Of a stretch of DNA of 58,403 bases, positions 56,529-58,403 are shown one piece after another. Numbering within the stretch: the first letter of the stretch is position 1; every line of letters starts with the position of its first letter. The stretch comes from a virus. Lineage: Duplodnaviria; Caudoviricetes. The notes under the pieces are model-generated. The model did not search any database, was not told the DNA's origin, and saw only the letters and a program-made list of their open reading frames with translations. Both the position numbers and the translations under genes were made by a program. Where the stretch lies: IMG/VR virus record IMGVR_UViG_3300048598_000026, positions 1-58,403 of that record. One strand, written 5' to 3'.

Positions 56529-56882
56529 TTATCCCTCCTCTTTTTTCACCGACTCGGCCGCAACTTGAATTCTCCACTCAAACTCACCGGCCATCTGCTT
56601 CATCGACTCGATCACGGCAGAACTAAGCGGCGGATCGAAAATGAGTTTAACTTTTAGATACATATAGGACTTTACAAATTCCAACGTTTCAATATCGTTT
56701 GGGATAAAATCCGTCCATACTGCATCTGCACCTTCAATCGAGAAACCTTTGGAAGGACCGACACCAATCTGAGTTAGAATTGCGAAAATAGAATTGATAT
56801 GCATGATAAGATCCGTATCAAAGTGTGTATACCCCCCCGAAGGACCGAGCAGTTTCTTAATTGATGTCAGTATACTCTCCAT
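56529..56882 (-). CDS. Head-tail connector-like protein
   Basis: SILTSIKKLLG...FDTDLIMHIN...FDPP. Confidence 0.6.
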   Translation of the reverse strand: MESILTSIKKLLGPSGGYTHFDTDLIMHINSIFAILTQIGVGPSKGFSIEGADAVWTDFIPNDIETLEFVKSYMYLKVKLIFDPPLSSAVIESMKQMAGEFEWRIQVAAESVKKEEG

Positions 56883-56969
56883 GATGAGCCTCCTATGAGT
56901 GAACCGTGGCGTGTTTTCGTATTTTTCACATCCGTTCCTCCGATCTATTCATTTTCAAGATTTTGTGTA

Positions 56970-57315
56970 GTATAATAAGGCTATCATTTTGGATAGGAGG
57001 TTTATTTATGTCAAAGAGCCTGGATTTTTCCTATTTAAACGATAAGGGGAAACGCGTTACAGGAGCCGCCGCATTTAATCACTACGTTTACACCGAAAAA
57101 GGTAGCATCCAGAGCTACAATGATGAAGTTGGAACAGAATATGTTTCAGAATTCGTCCGTCAGAACTCCGACACGATCAATACCGGTTTAGCCAAGAAAG
57201 TCAAAAAGAGCCAACTTAAAGTAGTGTAATACCACTGAAAAGCTGAGCGATGGTCCACACACCATTACTCGGCTTTTCAATCGGACTCCTATCCAAAATG
57301 ATAGCCTTATTATAC
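56970..57315. repeat. Perfect 30-bp inverted repeat (56970-56999 / 57286-57315)
   Basis: GTATAATAAGGCTATCATTTTGGATAGGAG on + and on -. Confidence 0.9.
57008..57229 (+). CDS. 73-aa hypothetical protein inside the inverted repeat
   Basis: AGGAGG RBS, MSKSLDFSYLNDKG... Confidence 0.65.
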   Translation: MSKSLDFSYLNDKGKRVTGAAAFNHYVYTEKGSIQSYNDEVGTEYVSEFVRQNSDTINTGLAKKVKKSQLKVV

Positions 57316-57430
57316 GTCCCCCGACGCTTCTTTACGGCTGAGCAGTTATATACTTCTTCATACAGAATCCTTACCGATCAGGTTTGTGTTCTTAACCAAT
57401 TCATCCTGATACTTTTTTCTTCTCCTTTTA

Positions 57431-57847
57431 TTAGTGTCTCCATGGGCACGTGTCGTTTCTTCTTCGTTCAATTGGAGCTTTGATTATTAGACCTTCGTCT
57501 CCGTAGTGAATTGCGTTGTGTGTTGAAATAATCGTCGAAATCAGATACTCAGGATTCAATAGGAATGCACTTCGATAGATGACGTCATGAGGTAAAATGG
57601 GGTTCATGTGATGAATTAAGATCGTACCGTGAATCTCATAACCATCAATTCCAAGGTCACACCCGTTATCTCTGACTATCACAAAATCTCGAACAGATTT
57701 CCATTCTTGAGATTTGTAAAAGTTTTGGTTGATAAATCTATCAAACCCGAATGTCTCTTCTCCGACTTTTCCGTGAAGCTTTAAATATCGATATCGTTCT
57801 TCGAAAGTCGGAAGCTTAATCAGTTCCGAATAGGTTTTAATAATCAT
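57431..57847 (-). CDS. Packaging-associated HNH endonuclease
   Basis: EWKSVRDFVIVRD.GC...IHHMNP...NPEYL...THNAIH. Confidence 0.85.
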   Translation of the reverse strand: MIIKTYSELIKLPTFEERYRYLKLHGKVGEETFGFDRFINQNFYKSQEWKSVRDFVIVRDNGCDLGIDGYEIHGTILIHHMNPILPHDVIYRSAFLLNPEYLISTIISTHNAIHYGDEGLIIKAPIERRRNDTCPWRH

Positions 57848-58175
57848 CTGAACCACCTTGCCCACTGTAGTTCCTCATAGCGTCAAGAGCATTCTTGTAG
57901 AGCTCTTCAATTCTTTGAGCCGACTGTAACGATTGGGTTTTGGCTTCAATCAGCTCTTTCTGTTTTTCAAGAATTTCTTTTTCGATTTTATCTTTGGTTG
58001 AGCCAAGCTTTAAGTAATGTGTTATAACTTGCTGAGAAGCAGTTCCCTCTAATAACTGTTTCTCAGCAAGGTCTACGGCCAAGGACACTAATTGATTTTC
58101 CCTAGCTTCTGGAGATAAAGCTGGTCTCATCTTTCTCGAAGACTCAGAAGAGGTTACAGCCTTAGCTTTCTTCAT
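57837..58175 (-). CDS. First late gene; terminase small subunit candidate
   Basis: Position before HNH and terL; helical; no diagnostic motif. Confidence 0.45.
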   Translation of the reverse strand: MKKAKAVTSSESSRKMRPALSPEARENQLVSLAVDLAEKQLLEGTASQQVITHYLKLGSTKDKIEKEILEKQKELIEAKTQSLQSAQRIEELYKNALDAMRNYSGQGGSDDY

Positions 58176-58403
58176 TCTTACTGCCTCCTCTCGATTAAAT
58201 ATCACATGGTTCTCGTACTGTTTTGTAGTGTTTTGTAGTGTTTACATGAAGTTTTGCATAGCATTTATAAGAACTCACAAAGCTGACCAACACCTTTTGA
58301 AAGGAGAAAAGAAAAAATGAAAAAGTCAACCTTGTGAGCTCGTTTAAATGTTATGCGGATACAAAAACAACCCTAAAATATCACCCCCGGAGAATTTTTA
58401 AGG

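Larger units (their letters stand above)
54167..56539. repeat. 74-bp exact direct repeat flanking terL (54167-54240 = 56466-56539)
   Basis: Direct comparison. Confidence 0.9.
1..58403 (-). mobile_element. Temperate siphovirus genome, apparently complete, excised/virion form
   Basis: Full set of packaging, head, tail, lysis, integration, replication and transcription modules; integrase is internal with no host genes on either side. Confidence 0.9.

Overview
The window appears to be an essentially complete ~58.4 kb temperate siphovirus genome from an anaerobic Firmicute (Clostridia-like) host, in its excised form, with almost all genes on the minus strand. Reading the minus strand from the right end: HNH/terminase/portal/protease-capsid fusion, tail genes (duplicated major tail gene, embedded lysis cassette, tape measure, Dit, Tal-like protein, subtilisin-FN3 protein), a complete diversity-generating retroelement (target/VR1, Avd, TR, spacer, RT), attP and a tyrosine integrase (+), an early region of promoter-gene-terminator cassettes, replication and nucleotide genes (helicase-primase-PolB fusion, BRO-SSB, SF2 helicase, ThyX-like, MazG, NrdDG), an iteron-like origin, and a single-chain DxDGD two-barrel RNA polymerase. 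Highlights: (1) the DGR has a second, remote VR about 9 kb away in a frameshifted early-region gene; (2) the TR-RT spacer RNA has two segments complementary to the 3' flanks of both targets, a possible RNA-guided priming/targeting mechanism; (3) twelve copies of a 25-bp motif are the likely promoters of the phage RNAP, and one drives a highly structured ORF-less ~95-nt RNA; (4) an N-terminal HYG tag links the RNAP to head-module proteins; (5) a perfect 30-bp inverted repeat brackets a small antisense gene. All protein calls come from motif recognition, not database searches.
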